DNA of 63,935 nt, filler included, from Kipferlia bialata (taxonomy: Eukaryota): the NCBI GenBank assembly GCA_003568945.1. It is 6 parts of 6 records of this genome, joined end to end, with 100 filler letters (N's around TTAATTAATTAA, not from the genome) between each part and the next. Parts side by side here need not be neighbours in the genome. Positions count along the whole stretch, not along the records: positions 13,276 to 26,431 come from BDIP01000984.1; positions 26,532 to 39,665 come from BDIP01000985.1; 4 more parts are not named here. The stretch is one strand, 5' to 3'. Made by a program: the position numbers and the translations under genes. Below are positions 14,199 to 26,753 of the stretch, piece by piece; the stretch's first letter is position 1; each line of letters starts with the position of its first letter. The notes under the pieces are model-generated. The model ran no database searches and had not been told where the DNA came from. It saw only the letters and a program-made list of their open reading frames with translations.

Positions 14199-14428
14199 TG
14201 ACACTTGTTCACGGACTCACAGGCTGTGTAACTGCTCTGGCCCTTCTTCTCCTGTGCTGAAGAGCAGAACTGAGTTCACTCGCTGCGCCCTTATTGTAGA
14301 ATGAAAAACGGCTGAGTTCCAGTAATACAGCCTCCTTGATACTCTTTACACTGAGTGTCAGGCGCTGTCCTACTGACTATTCGGGGAAAGGATAAGGTGA
14401 CTGTGGGCAGTTGTGTTGCATGCTGCCC

Positions 14429-16117
14429 ATGTGGGGAAATGGCGATCCCTTGAGTGAGCGGGTTGCTGAAGAGCAGCGATTTTCCTTGGGTGAGTACTGG
14501 AATTGTATACTGATGCTGATGTCACTTGTCTTGTATTGGCGCGGTTTAAATCTTCTAACTCCAGGTCCGCAAGCATATATGGACCGGTTCAGCGTGCCAA
14601 TATATGTACATGATCTGTATGAGCAGCAGGTACGATGTCTCCCCTTGTACTGTTCACTGGTTGTCTCTTGCCACTAAATCAGGCCAAGACCCGGCCTAGT
14701 GATCCAGTTCTCTTTGCTGAGCACTACTTTAGGGATCTGGACTCTGGCGCAGGTATGTAACTCTGTGCAGTCCAGTATGGATCGTTGTCCCCTTACCCAG
14801 CTGTACTGTACCGGACGTATGACTTCAGTATCAGTATCAGTATCATAGATCTATCATAGATACTGATACTGATACTGACCCAGCTGTACTGTACCGGACG
14901 TATGACTTCTGCACTGCCACCACCCGCAACACCCTTGCCCTGCTCTCCAACATTAGGAAGGGGGTGGCGGGGTTTGATGCCTCAGCCCCGTCCCAGGGAG
15001 ATGGGTCCGACCCAATATCAGACCTGGGTACTCCTGACCTACCCGCCCAGGCCCTGTCCATACCGGACTGGACAGAGCTGTTGCAGGTGGGGGGTGTTAC
15101 TAGTGATGTGGTGTGTTGGTGTATGACTGATACTTGTATTGGGTATCCCAGAGTCCCTATGGTGCCTGGCCCCACCCCAGATGATGTGCCCCGACTTCCC
15201 GTCCCGGGTGCTGGATGATGTGGCAGAGATACTCCTGGCCAACCCATCGCTGCAGGGCACCAGCACCATCCCGGGGGAGGAGGGTCGGAGCGTGAGTGAC
15301 TTCACCCCAGCAGAGTTCCTGCCAGTGCTCGAGACACGTGTGTTCTTTTCACGCTTTCTGAAGAAGGTATCTTCTGCTATCCAGATCCCACAGCTGCAGT
15401 GTCACTGCCCCTGTCTTACATACTTACATATTCTCTGACAATGTCGACTGCAGGTCCTGACTGCCTTCCAGACCCAGTATCAGTATCAGTATCAATATAT
15501 ACAGTAGTGCCTTCTCTATAAACACTGATGCTGATACAGGTCCTGACTGCCTTCCAGACCCAGTATCAGTATCAGTATCAGTATATAGTAGTGCCTTCTC
15601 TATATATACACTGGTACTGATACAGGTCCTGACTGCCTTCCAGACCCAGCTGGTGGAGGCCAAGCCCGAGACCCCGAAGGACAGGGCTGGGGCCAAGAGC
15701 CCGAAGGCGGCCAAGGCCCAGCACCCGAAGACAGGGCGGGTCAGGGTCAACGGGATGAGTGCCGTACTCAGTGCGGTGTTGGTTGCAGAGAAGGCCACGT
15801 GCGTGTGCCCGCCCCCCTACCCGTGCCGCAAGGCTGCAGTGCGTACCGAGGATGCCCTGAAGGAGTGGAACAAGGCCAGGGACCAGGAGCTGCTGGCCCA
15901 GCGGGAGGTGGCCTGTCAGAGCAAGGCAGTGTCAGTGTCAATGGGGTCTGCCTCGCCCTCTGCCCTGCGGAGGACTGGGTCTGGGTCTGGGTCTGGGTCT
16001 GGGTCTGGTCTGGGTGGCATGGGTACCCCGGTTGCAGTCAGAGCACCCCTCACCATCGAGAGGATATTCCTGCTCTTCTGCTACTACCTCTCCTCCCAGG
16101 AGATCCTGCACCAGTGA
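14429..16117 (+). CDS. CSTPP1/C11orf49-like (centriolar satellite tubulin polyglutamylase complex regulator)
   Basis: Six exons (14429-14489, 14565-14629, 14683-14752, 14884-15086, 15181-15366, 15626-16117). AVLYRTYDFCTATTRN, LSIPDWTELLQMMCPDFPSRVL and EFLPVLETRVFFSRFL parallel my recollection of C11orf49 (HILFREFSFVQATPHN, LTMKEYHCLLQLLCPDFP, DFLFAFQIQFYYSEFL). Confidence 0.7.
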
Positions 16118-16882
16118 CCGCCACCTCACAAAACAAGGCTGAGGGGTATATGCAGTGCTATGGCTCTATGGAGATGGACAGGGTTGTGTGGTGGCTTGTT
16201 GTATTATGTGTTTATTGTATTTGGTTATCCCCTGTGTGTCACTCCATTCTAAGCAATAGAGACTCTGGCTGTATCTATATGACTGTGGCAGCGGATGGGA
16301 CATATGTGTATTTACATATATACTGGAAGGGCGGTGAGTCACCAGTGGTGACAAAGTGAATACTATCGCCCCACTTGGAATCCCAAATATCATAGTCAGC
16401 TATCATGCCCAGAATATCACACTAATACTCTGGTACCATAGCCAAGCACACCAGTCAAAACGTACCATGGCAACTCCAATTCAGCACATCATGCCAAAAG
16501 TGCCAGATTCCAAGGGGAGAACCATCCGATAGGTAGGTCAACCCTGCAACACGAGGGAGACGACACCATACAAGGTGATACCTCATGTGTTGATACATCT
16601 CACTTCGGGAAAAGCTCTGATAGCCACTTCTAGACCACATACCCTGGACCCAGACACGTGCAGATAGAGCAAACCCTTCTCAAGGGCTCAGAGCACAGAA
16701 GGGATCAGAACCAGCCACACCAGTATTAACAGGACACACCGCTGACAGTACCGTGGTGCACTTACACATACCGGTGGACACTGTCGATGTAAACACAGTG
16801 AGTGTACACATATGGACATGGGGGCACATGCGTGGCAACAATGGCCCCTGTGTTGGATACAGTGTGCATCAGTCACCAGTCC

Positions 16883-18427
16883 TCAGTCCTCCTCTGTTGT
16901 CTCCTGGTCGATGCCTGACCAGGTGTCAGTGTCAGAGGTGTCACACAGACTGTCCTCCAGGGCATCACCTACATCACCTACATCACCTACATCACCATCC
17001 CCCTCCCCACCACCATCACTGTGTGTGGAGTCCGTAGGTAGGGAGGGTATGTCCCCAGGGCCATGGGGAGCAGCCTTCCCACCCTTGGTGACCATAGCCA
17101 CTAGTGATGCCCAGACACCCCTGACCACGGCATACCCCACCCCCCCGCCCACCTCTGGGGCAGCATCCCCCACCGCCACAGACACCACCCTGACACCTGC
17201 AGCACCCATGGCCCTCAGACAGGCACCCACGTTCACACCCAGCACACACACCTGGTATCAGTATCAGTGTCAGTATCTGTCAGACACCGCTCCATATGAT
17301 ACTGATCTATATATTGCATATATCCACACACCTGGACCCACGATGCAGTGGGGGCTCCCGCCACAGCCTGCCGCACCTCTAGGTAGAGGAGGGGGAGAGA
17401 GGCGTGGAGGGCGGCAGGGGACACGAGTAGAACCCTACAGAGTGTGACTAGGGATGGTAGTGCGGCACAGAGAGAGAGGGCGGGCCCCCAGTCCAGCAGC
17501 CATAGCACATTGAGCCAGACGCACACCAGACACTCCGCTGTCCTGGGCATAAAAGGGAAGGATGGGGTGGGGGGGGATGAGAGGGGGGGGGGGGACACGA
17601 TAACCTGAAGAATGATAGACCCAAGAATAACAAAGTGTTCACTGCCCCCTGCCTGTCTCTCAGCAGCTGTCTTGATGATACTGATACTCATACTGATACT
17701 TTTGATACACGGACACATGATACGCATACCTGCCTATCAGCAGCATGTGGATGCCGATGGACTGGTACTGCGGCACCGACCCCCATATCAGTAGGGTCTC
17801 GGTCACAGAGAGAAGGGCGTCAGGAGGAAAGAGGTCAGAGTACCCTACTACACAAGAGACATCAGAGGGGTGCGGGTCCGGGTCTGACAGAAGCCCCTCT
17901 GATAGTACTGTGGCTGCTCGCACAGAAGTGTCCAAGGCCACCCACAGCCGGAGGGCAACGGGGGTGATGTCCTGAGACCCCTGACACGTGGGGTGGTCAT
18001 TGGGGAACATCACCCGCCACAGACACCATAGGGCGCACACCCCGGCCACTCCCAGCAGCATCGTCCGTAGCATGGTCCGGCAGACGCTGCTGAAGTATGG
18101 GGAAGAGCCAAACCGAGCCAGAGACCAGCTAACAGATAGGGTAATCGCCACAATGGTGCTGGTGACTGTGCACCATCCTATGAACCAAAATGTGGCAGGA
18201 AGAGACTCAACTACCCGTGTCAGGGAACAGACGTCAATCAATGCCTCTAAGCCTGGCATGCCAGGATGGCGGTAAAAGAGTGACAGACAGAGCAATAGTT
18301 GGAAATGACATTGCAAAAGCGAAGGCAATGTGTCAACCATTGCATCAACGGTTGCATCAATGATTGCAACCAAAACGTTGCGAAGAGGAAAGCTGTCACG
18401 AAGAGCATTCTTTACGACTGATAACAC
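16883..18427 (-). CDS. Hypothetical multi-pass membrane protein, about 4 exons, acidic C-terminal tail
   Basis: A long first exon with hydrophobic helices (FWFIGWCTVTSTIVAITLSVSW, MLLGVAGVCALWCLW) is followed by further hydrophobic GT-AG exons ending DQETTEED*. The first ATG is at 18340, so the start is uncertain. Confidence 0.5.
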
Positions 18428-18533
18428 AAGTAAGTGGGTCAGGGTAGTAGATTGACGCTCTTAACGTGTGGCTGAGTGTCATAAGGGTGTTTATTTTGTT
18501 GCTGCTCTTCCCTTCCGTTTGCTAACCTCAGAA

Positions 18534-19130
18534 ATGTCTTGGGATGGAATTCTGAGCCAGATGCTGACCTCCAAGGGCAACTGCACTGAGGGTGCTGTCT
18601 ACGGACGCAACGGTGCTGTGTGGGCCAAGTCTGCCAACTTCTCCCTCAACCCTGAGGTTTGTAGATGGTCATGATGGGTCTTTGACAATTTGACAAGTTG
18701 CCCTCTCTTCCTCTGTTCTCAACCCAGGGCATCATCCAGTCCATGTTCTCTGACGCTGGCCGCGAGTACCTCCAGACCAACGGACTTTACATCTCCAACT
18801 CCCGCTTCAGATTTGTTCGCGGAGACGATGAGGTATGAGTGAATGTACAGTGATCATAACAATTACACTCTTCCTTTCCGTACAACATGTTGATGTGTCC
18901 CCTCATATTATCACGACCACTATCAATATGGTACAGAGCCTTGTGCTGACTTCCAGGTGATCATCATGGCCGCCTCCAAGCCCGAGGACGAGAACCTCCC
19001 CCACGGAGCCTTCTTCATCGCCACCAACCAGACCGTGGTGTGCGCCGTGTTCCCCGCCCGCACCTTCAAGGGCGCTGCCTCCCTCGACGCCCACGCCCTC
19101 GCTGACTACCTCAAGACATCTGGGTACTAA
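18534..19130 (+). CDS. Profilin
   Basis: Exons 18534-18656, 18728-18832 and 18957-19130 give MSWDGILSQMLTSKGNCTEGAVYGRNGAVWAKSANF...TNGLYISNSRFRFVRGDDE...ATNQTVVCAVF...ALADYLKTSGY*, with the classic profilin N-terminal MSW and C-terminal LADYL..SGY. Confidence 0.92.
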
Positions 19131-19660
19131 GCAGGCACTTTGGTGCACCCAGGTTTTGTGGTGCGACAAGCTGCTCTGTAGGTCATTCTCCCAGCAGTGT
19201 GTTCCTCTTGTTGGAATAAATGTGTGTGTGTGTGTGTCTTTTCAGTATTGTGATGTCGTGTATACATGTTTTGGTTGAGTTTGAAAGAAGGTGGTTTGGT
19301 AGTATTTGTGGCAATTGGCTCCTCTGTGTATTGTCACTGGTGTGATCAAGGGTGTGTATCAGTCCCCAGCAGACAGATGTTCATACCCTAGATGGTATTC
19401 CCAACGTGATACTCATGTCATATGACTGACTGTGTCAGAGCGGTTGCTCGTAGAAAGTTGCCTGTAGAGTGTTCAATACCACTTCATATAGTATGAGAAG
19501 TCAGTGCTGGATACATCGTGTAAACTCTGTATGACAATGCTAGGCCTAGTCACTGTGCTTAATACCTATCATCATGAATTCACTCAGGCATTGGGCAGTA
19601 ATCAGGTCTTGGTTCTTGGAAGGTATTAAGTCTGGCACCCGTAGACATGTACAACGATAC

Positions 19661-22600
19661 TCAGTTGCAAGTGAGTATCCTCCCATCTATACATTTCTTC
19701 TTAGCCTCAGTGTCTTTGTCTGACCACAAATCAGTACTGCACCTGACCACCCCATCTGCATGTACGTGTCTATTAATATATGAATGTGTGTGTGTCCATG
19801 TCACACCATGTGCACCCTGAGTCTGTCCTCTATGTCTGGGGTGTACCAGTGGGAGTGGAGGCACTTCCTGGCCTGGTGGGTGAGACATTAGAGAGGCATG
19901 AGGCCATACAGAGGCATGCATGTGAGTGTGCATGTATGGATACTGGGATCACTCATACAGGCACGGATAGATGACGGGGGTAAGATGCAAACAAATAGAC
20001 ACGGTGCATGTTCATCCATATACTATAACTAGTATGAGCAGTATTCAACCACACCCATCCCACACAGTATGTCATAGAACAATACAAGATGACATCTGAA
20101 CAACCCCACAGGACAGAGTCTCATGAGCATGTATATATAATAATGCAATAGCACTCCCTACCAGTGTGAGTTCCTGCTTCCGCTGTGCCTTGTTGGAGGA
20201 CAGAGGTATGCCAACTGGCGTCAGTGCTAGTATGGTATGCAAATGTATGGGGTATCAGGTAAAAGTAGAGTATAGCCATTGATATAGGTATCAGTGCCAG
20301 TATACTCACGCAGCAGGCACAATTCAGATACACGGCACCATACACCTCTCCGGCAGGTATATATATATCATACCACATTCGTATACACAGAGGGGTAGCA
20401 CCCGTACCCTTCTCCAGGAGGTATGGGATGGAGTACACAGGCTGGGCTCCTCGCTCATAGGCTGACAGGGCCTGGGGTGGGTATGGAGACACGGAGACGC
20501 ACTCATACATATATGTATATATATACACGTGTATAACCACAAAAGACACAAATATAAAGAGGTATGAGTGTCAGTCCAGATATATATACACATCCCCCGA
20601 TACCTTCTTGGATGCAGGTAGTGCTAACACAAACACCCTGTCAATCTGCAGTGCCTTGAGAGGCCTGGTAGGGTGGTAGAGAGAGGTGTGGGCCAGGAGT
20701 GGGGGGAGGGACCCAAACTTAGCCTGGAATCAGTGGTTAATACAATTATTCAGTGGTTGTAACATTGGTATGCATTATGACTGTGTTATACATGTAAAAT
20801 ACTATTAGGATTCTGCTAAACCAACCATATATATACACTATTGAATTGTCAAACACATACATATACTGGTACAAACCCATGAAGGAGTGTGTCTGTATAT
20901 ATATATTACACACCTGACACAGGGGACACAGGAAGGGACACACATGCTCGTTGGCAGTCATAGTGTCTGAGTGTAAGATGGATATGGAGAGGAATGTGTG
21001 CACTTTCCCACCAATACACGCATCATATGGGTGCATACATGTACACATATACATCCATGCACACACTGATGCCCCCATACATACATACATGGATATACCT
21101 AGACACCGCCTGGGCACCTTGCGCCCAGTGCAGTCAGTCACACCGACCCCAGCCACACTCTCAGGCAGCAGAGAGACACGGTCGAGGGTGGCCTGGGTCA
21201 GCACAACCTGCTCATATACACGTATACATGGAGGTATGGATAGGTATACTGGCATGGTGTAGGGACCGCTACAGGTGGGGCCAACAAAGACACTCTCACC
21301 ATTGAGAATCGTATATATATGTGTGTATACGATGCATGCCCACCTGCACCGCCCTGAGTCTCTTTGCTGTGAACATGCCCCCGTCCCCCACAGACGCAGA
21401 GGCAGGCATCTTGGCTGAGGGTAAGGAATTACAATGTACTATTATAGGTCAGACACAAGGTATGAATGCAGGGCATATGGGACAGGTATCCCACACGCAA
21501 CGACAGGATAATGAGACTGAATACACATGCCACCTTGTATGAAAGGGAGTGCCCCTGCAAATGTGAACACATTGAAGAAGGCATCAAATGCCGCATAGAG
21601 GCACTGCTGCTTGGTCAGAGGCCACTGGGCCCAGTTAGACATGGACACCTGGCGTCAGTGGATATGGGTATATGTACAGAGGATACTGGCCCTGACCAGC
21701 AGAAGGAGTGTACCATACCTTTCTAGACTTGGGGGTGGCACTTCCACACCCTGGGGTGAGAGGAGGGTGAGAGGAGGGGGTAGTGGAAGAGAGATACACT
21801 GAATACCTATAGCTGTTCTACATATGTAGAGTTTGAGAGCCAACCACCCTATCACATAGATGCGTGATGTCCCTGCTAGACTATCCATTCGTCACTACGA
21901 TAAAATACAGTACATCAGCCCCTACCTAGCCCCTCTGCGACCACCCCCATCTGCAGGGAGCCATACCTCAGTTGGGTCATGTAGGGATGGATGTCTGCGG
22001 TCGGGGGGGGGGGACATATGGAGATATCTTGCGCCCTGACCACCCTCCCTCTACTTCTACATACCCATATATATTCCCACACCCATACCTACACTCTCTA
22101 GCAGGGGCTTCCCAAATGACTTCAGGTACTCTGCCTTGTCTGCCTGGGGGCCTAGGGGTAAGGGGGCACATAACATACTGAATACTTCATATATACAACT
22201 ACTACAACTGCAAGTGTGATCTAACGGGGCAGCGTCAGTGGTTGAAGCTAAGAGGAATAACCTATGACGATCCTATCCAGATTGCAATGCCATACTCTAC
22301 CCCTGTACAATATATGAGGTGCTCCACCCCAGAGACATACACATACATGTGTGACCCCATGCACACACACCCTGACACTGCCTGCACTAGGCGAGGTATA
22401 TATATGTGTAGGTGTGTCGACGCCATGCACAAATAGATAGGTATGTATACCCTTGATGAGGTAGAGGGGCTGGCCGTGCTGGCCTGCCCTGTCAAGGAGG
22501 TCAGAGAACAGAGGGGATCTGCTATCAACACCATGAGTATTACCAGAAGGACTCTAGGGGGGAGCCACATGCTGTGTGAAGCCATTGATGCACTGATATT

Positions 22601-23582
22601 GTTGCATAACTACAAAATGACATCGAAACACACCTATGCCTTTTGAATACAAATGCAACCACTCCCATATATACCCCCACCCACCTGTTAGCAATGTCCA
22701 TAGACGACCCCGGCGTGACATGCAGCACAAAGGACTCCCTGGGTGAATAATGATATAGGGTATACTAATATACAATATATATATATATATATATTGTATA
22801 TTATATAGGGTGACAAGTCAGACACAGGTACACAGCATACATATATACACACTCCCGAGTGTTGCCAGATCCGCACAGAGAAGTATCCACACACACACAT
22901 ACACCCGCACCTGAGGGTTGCTAGTTGTATGACACTGATGGGAGAGAACTGTCCCCTCTGGAAGGCAGGTCTCCACTCGCTGAAGGGTCAGGCGGAGGGA
23001 TATAGTATGCACACAGCTGAGTATCGATATGCACAGGCACATCTGGGTGTATGTGTGTATATGTATATATATATACTTCCACCCCACGTACAAGTCCACC
23101 CCCAGGACGGGTTGGGTCTGTAGATACTTGACCACACGCCGGATATCGGCAGGCTGGGGGTCAGAAGATGTAACACTCTTGACTCTTGTTACGCGAGAAA
23201 TCAGGGGGGGGGGGTTATGGTATATCTGTAACCCGATATGTATGGTATATCAACCGTCACCTGCTTCTCTATGTGTATGAAGTAGCACCGCACGTGATGG
23301 GTGGGAAGTAGCTCCAACGTGTTGAGGCATCCACTCAGCTTGCCTGATAGGGTAAGACTAGGTCAATATACGCACATAATGTCTATAGCAACTCTTTCGC
23401 ATCTGCCTGGGCTGTGCGGGACATGTCAGATATTGTGTAGTGACTTGTACATACACATATCCATGTATCCCTATATGGTATTGACACCCACCCCCCGTAT
23501 CGAATCTGCCTGGGCTGTCTCTGCTCTGCCGTACTGCCTCCAGTATGGACGCAAGGTCAGAGTGCGGGTTGGACCCAGTGGC
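19661..23582 (-). CDS. WRN/EXD2-type DnaQ-like 3'-5' exonuclease with a Cys-containing C-terminal extension, multi-exon
   Basis: The spliced ExoI motif reads VLGVDF|EWRPAFQRGQFSPISVIQLATLR and the ExoIII motif reads KSRK|VSMSNWAQWPLTKQQCLYAAFDA. The 5' start is unresolved near the poly-G run at about 23664-23710. Confidence 0.8.
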
Positions 23583-23674
23583 CTGAGGGGTGAGGGGAAG
23601 AGGGATATGGGGACATTGGTACCGGTATCAGAATTGGCTCAAGCTATTAATAAGAGATTAAGAGGGGGGAGGGG

Positions 23675-23711
<37 letters not shown>

Positions 23712-24440
23712 GAAGAGAGAGAGAGAGGTAACATCAGGTAAGATCTCACTCTTCACAACATTGCAACTTCCGACCCATGTGGTTGACTCATACTCACATA
23801 CCTACACTGATGAATAGGTCGGAATCGGTGTGGGTGCAGTGAGACAGAAACTCTCACATAAGGGTCTAGGTATATAATAAATAATCTATAATAAACTATA
23901 TGCAAGTAAACCAGCACCCAGTCAGTTGCAGTAAAAATGGAAATATGGTGATAGAGGGAGGAGAGGGTGGCATGGGAGACATAGACACAGGGGGCCATTG
24001 GGGACAAAGAAGAGTGATATATCAAGATGATATACACTGCATATATTCTAGCCTCTCGGGAATCCCGAGTCGGGATACTCAGTCACTATTAATACTAACC
24101 GTACTCATATTCAATAGTCGCAAGAGATTACAGCGGTGAGATGAATCATCTCTAAAGGATCATGTGATTCACTGTTTGGCTGAAGGTCTATTGGTATACT
24201 AATGTACACTAACTGGGTGTTCTTAACTAGTCGGCTCAAACTTCAACATATGGGCCACTGTATTTCATATGTCTATCACACTCAGTGATTAGACTCACTG
24301 TCTCCTACGTCTCACTTGGGACCCAAGTCTTGGGTGTCCCCTGGCATAGGGCCTAGGCATGACCCACACTAGACCAGCGACTGATACCTTATATGTGTGA
24401 CTTACAGGAGTGGTCCCTTAGGCTACACAATTGGAGAGAG

Positions 24441-25306
24441 TCACTCTTCACTCGTAGACGATACGCTGAACAACTCCCAGCCTGGGTATTGGGCCACCAA
24501 CATCTCTCCAACCCCAGTTATGGCAGATATCTGGCTCTTGACCGCTAGGGGTTCATATCTGTACATGTGTGGGTGCCACTCGCCTGAGACTAGGTCAAAT
24601 GTGGCACTTTCAGTGGAAGACAAGACGTGAAGGCCTCCACCTGATACCTAAGGTCAGATGTAGACACATTCTACTATACATATAGAGAGAGAGAGTCATC
24701 ATTCCCATTACCATTCCCACCAAGTCCTCTCCATCTCCAGTCTCGCTCCCAAAGCACATCCCGGCGTCCTTCTCCCATCTGAGGTGTGTGCTCTTCCCAC
24801 CCTCCTCATCCTCCCTACTATCATGTAGGCATAGTGAGCAGAGCATACCGTTGCACCATACATACACTGTATCCTCTGTGTGTATAACCACAATGCTCTG
24901 GCTACTGTCGAAGAGGTATGGGGCACCAAGGGGATCCTCCTCCCACGTCTCTGTCTCAGGGTCAAAGAGCCAGACACCCCTCTCAAAGGTGAGGGACATC
25001 TCAGAATAGACACCCCTGGCAATGACTCCTATCATGACCAGGCGGTAACCCACTGGAGCAAGGAGTGGTCCATCGAGTAATGGAGGCCAGAGTGCATTGC
25101 CAACTCTCTATACGACACGCCACTCTCTGGTGGCAATGTGCATCACAGGGAGGTTCATGATGAGGCGCGCCTTTCCGGCATAAGGACCGGAGGATATACG
25201 TTCTGCACCTCCCAGGACATACAGAGAACCCCTGTGGACAAGTTGTCCGACAACTGGAGGGGAGGAAGACCGGTGTATTTGGGGGAGTATCGACAACGTA
25301 GTACAT
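24441..25306 (-). pseudogene. Kelch-type beta-propeller gene, apparently disrupted
   Basis: Kelch-like motifs GSLYVLGG...ATREW, RLVMIG...VWLFDPETETW and ATFDLVSGEW. There is an in-frame TAG at 25108-25110 and no in-frame ATG. Confidence 0.55.
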
Positions 25307-25726
25307 GTTTTAGCTCACGCTTAGAGTTGCACTGATGTCATTAGGTTATGGTCCTATTAATAGGGTAACGCGGCGATTTTTGGATACACATCGAGCGCTA
25401 TAATTAGAGCCTTGCACTTTCCCCTGGAAACTTTCCAGGTAGTCATGGGGATATTTGGATACATCGTTATTCTAGGCTACGTCCTAGCCCTTACCAAGTA
25501 TTACGTTGGAGATGGTCGCACCTTTAGTTCGTATGGCCTGTTAGAGGTCATAATGGCCTGTACTACCACATGTGGGGTCGTATGGAGAACGTCATTTATG
25601 TACATGGACACTTTTGACAAGAATCTCGTCACATATTTATCATAAAATATATGATGGGAACTAAATATCTTTGAGAGTCCCTACCGAAGAGAGTAAGAAG
25701 AGTTCGTATACACTGAATTACAATTA

Positions 25727-26431
25727 TCACTCTGAGATAGTCAGAGTTGGGTTGTTCTTAAAATAGCAAGTGTAGACAAAGAAAGGCACCCTGACCTCCT
25801 GACCTGGGATACATTGGTAGGTGATGGTGTTAGTGTTGTTGTAGTTTGGCCAGGACACGGTGTTCCCCTGGCGGGTGATGGTGACAGTATCTGGTCTGTT
25901 ACATCGTAGGGCATAGTGAGAACGTGAAGTATTTGTCTGCAACTCAAAGTGAACATCATGACTAGAGGTCAGTGTCCAAGTCCGATCACCACTGGGGATA
26001 ATGAGAACGAGTGGATTAATGTGTCTCAAGTTAGGCTTTGGTGCCTTGCTCACTGCGCATACTGTCTCAGTGGTATAGTCATTGACCTCAAAGCGAGCCA
26101 TGGCTATTACGATTGGACACTCTGCCCCCTCAGGCAGCACTGCCCCTTCCACATAGTCCTCTGTCACTCTGGCCCCTTGCATATCACACCCACTGAGGTC
26201 AGCGTCTCTCAGATCAACACCTTCTAGGTCCCACCCCTTCATATCGACTCCACTGATACACACCCCTCGCACACTCTTTACACCTAGTAGCTGATCCACT
26301 GTCAGTCGTCTGACCCCACTAAGAGTAGCCCTACTGAGGTCACAGTCAGAAAGGGTGGCCCCAGTCACATCACACCCAGTCAGGTCAGCACCTGAGAAGT
26401 CTGACCCCGTGCAGTCTGTGTCGGTCAGGTC
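25727..26431 (-). CDS. Pentapeptide-repeat protein, C-terminal part (5' truncated)
   Basis: Intronless ORF with A(D/T)LxG-type repeats (DFSGADLTGCDVTGATLSDCDLSRATLSG...VDLRDADLSGCDMQGA) followed by a beta-rich tail. Confidence 0.85.
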   Translation of the reverse strand, partial: DLTDTDCTGSDFSGADLTGCDVTGATLSDCDLSRATLSGVRRLTVDQLLGVKSVRGVCISGVDMKGWDLEGVDLRDADLSGCDMQGARVTEDYVEGAVLPEGAECPIVIAMARFEVNDYTTETVCAVSKAPKPNLRHINPLVLIIPSGDRTWTLTSSHDVHFELQTNTSRSHYALRCNRPDTVTITRQGNTVSWPNYNNTNTITYQCIPGQEVRVPFFVYTCYFKNNPTLTISE

Positions 26432-26531
26432 NNNNNNNNNNNNNNNNNNNNNNNNNNNNNNNNNNNNNNNNNNNNTTAATTAATTAANNNNNNNNNNNNN
26501 NNNNNNNNNNNNNNNNNNNNNNNNNNNNNNN
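26432..26531. other. Artificial contig linker
   Basis: N44-TTAATTAATTAA-N44. Confidence 0.97.
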
Positions 26532-26585
<54 letters not shown>

Positions 26586-26659
26586 AGTAGATATACAGAC
26601 GGACAAGGTGACTCTCCTATAGTTATGTGACTAACATACGGTGTGTAGTACGATATACT

Positions 26660-26693
<34 letters not shown>

Positions 26694-26753
26694 CAAGTAA
26701 GGTCTACTGTAGGTAGCCGATATAATCTTACCTCACGATGAAGGCGAGGCCAG

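Noticed and set aside
25412..25645. Short hydrophobic + strand ORF
   Set aside because: No recognisable motif or splice support, so it may be chance.
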